Source of the DNA: a virus
Lineage: Duplodnaviria > Heunggongvirae > Uroviricota > Caudoviricetes
Virus record (IMG/VR): IMGVR_UViG_3300023202_000061
Length of the DNA: 64,000 bases
Reading direction: 5' to 3' (one strand)
The notes beneath the pieces are model-generated. The model made no database searches and was not told where the DNA came from. It worked only from the letters and a program-made list of their open reading frames with translations. Positions 63,452 to 64,000 of this stretch are shown piece by piece. Both the position numbers and the translations under genes were made by a program. Each line of letters starts with the position of its first letter. Position 1 is the stretch's first letter.

Positions 63452-64000
63452 AAAACCAAGGAAAATATGAACACCAAACTACTAGATGATTCACAAACTA
63501 AAGTTGATGCTCCCATGATTGGCCCTTACGAGATGAAGTGGGATGACATTCATCAGCATAGAGCGGTCTTTGAAATGAATGATATTGTATTCGTTCTATT
63601 CAAAGAAGGTGAAGAAGACAATGTTATTTGGTCAATGAATATTGAAAGCAATGCAAGATGGTTCGGAAGAAAACTGATTCGTACCAGAAAAAAAGAAGAT
63701 ACCCTATCTAAGACTTGGCATTGGATTAATTCCATGGCTAACAATACTTCAGATCCTTTTACAACAGGAATTACCTATCAAACACTTAGTCGTCTCATTG
63801 ATTTGATGGGTGATCGTTGTCCGGAGTGTGAAGTTTTTTGGGGCAGCTCACACAGATCAGATTGTGACTACAACTTCTTGGAGAAGAATGTGCGTGACCT
63901 GGCACGTCAGGTTGTCAGCGAGCGACTTGGTTCGGTCGATCTTCCTGTGGGCATTGAGCGCGAGCTGACGGCTCGCATCGCCAACGACAACCTCTCGCAG
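63448..64000 (+). CDS. hypothetical protein, runs off the window end
   Basis: Manual translation is open from ATG 63448 to 64000; contains CPEC...H...C. Confidence 0.65.

Noticed and set aside
1-64000. CRISPR array
   Set aside because: No run of 25-45 bp direct repeats with unique spacers was seen; the repeats found are short tandem units or dispersed 2-4 copy elements
1-64000. Stop-codon reassignment (code 15 or 4), as in some jumbo phages
   Set aside because: Long genes (helicase, ligase, Ku, ATPases) are intact in code 11, and TAA, TGA and TAG all terminate coupled genes

Overview
Gene-dense 64 kb segment of a large tailed dsDNA bacteriophage genome (jumbo-phage-like; host not determinable from the window). 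It uses the standard genetic code and has no recognisable capsid, tail, terminase or polymerase genes. About 44 kb of minus-strand genes (1-43887) and 19 kb of plus-strand genes (44768-64000) diverge from an ~0.8 kb non-coding switch region. Recognisable functions: Ku, ATP-dependent DNA ligase and a metallophosphoesterase (double-strand-break repair), a SNF2/HARP helicase carrying a LAGLIDADG intein, a beta-class DNA methyltransferase, an isochorismatase-family hydrolase, GHKL, ABC and AAA+ ATPases, DUF932, a PD-(D/E)xK nuclease, a Lar-like protein, an M23 peptidase, and tRNA-Arg(TCT) and tRNA-Lys(TTT). The remainder is mostly small hypothetical early/accessory genes. Strongest leads: (1) a small protein ending in Arg-Gly-Gly plus a nearby Cys-containing partner domain (possible ubiquitin-like conjugation pair); (2) an ~600 nt hairpin-rich non-coding region (candidate large ncRNA); (3) three non-canonical tRNA-like elements; (4) a phosphorothioation-associated methyltransferase family apparently split into two genes around the Ku/ligase cassette; (5) a truncated GyrB ATPase-domain mimic that has lost its ATP-binding motifs; (6) two families of dispersed regulatory repeats. 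All family assignments come from motif recognition by eye, not from database searches.
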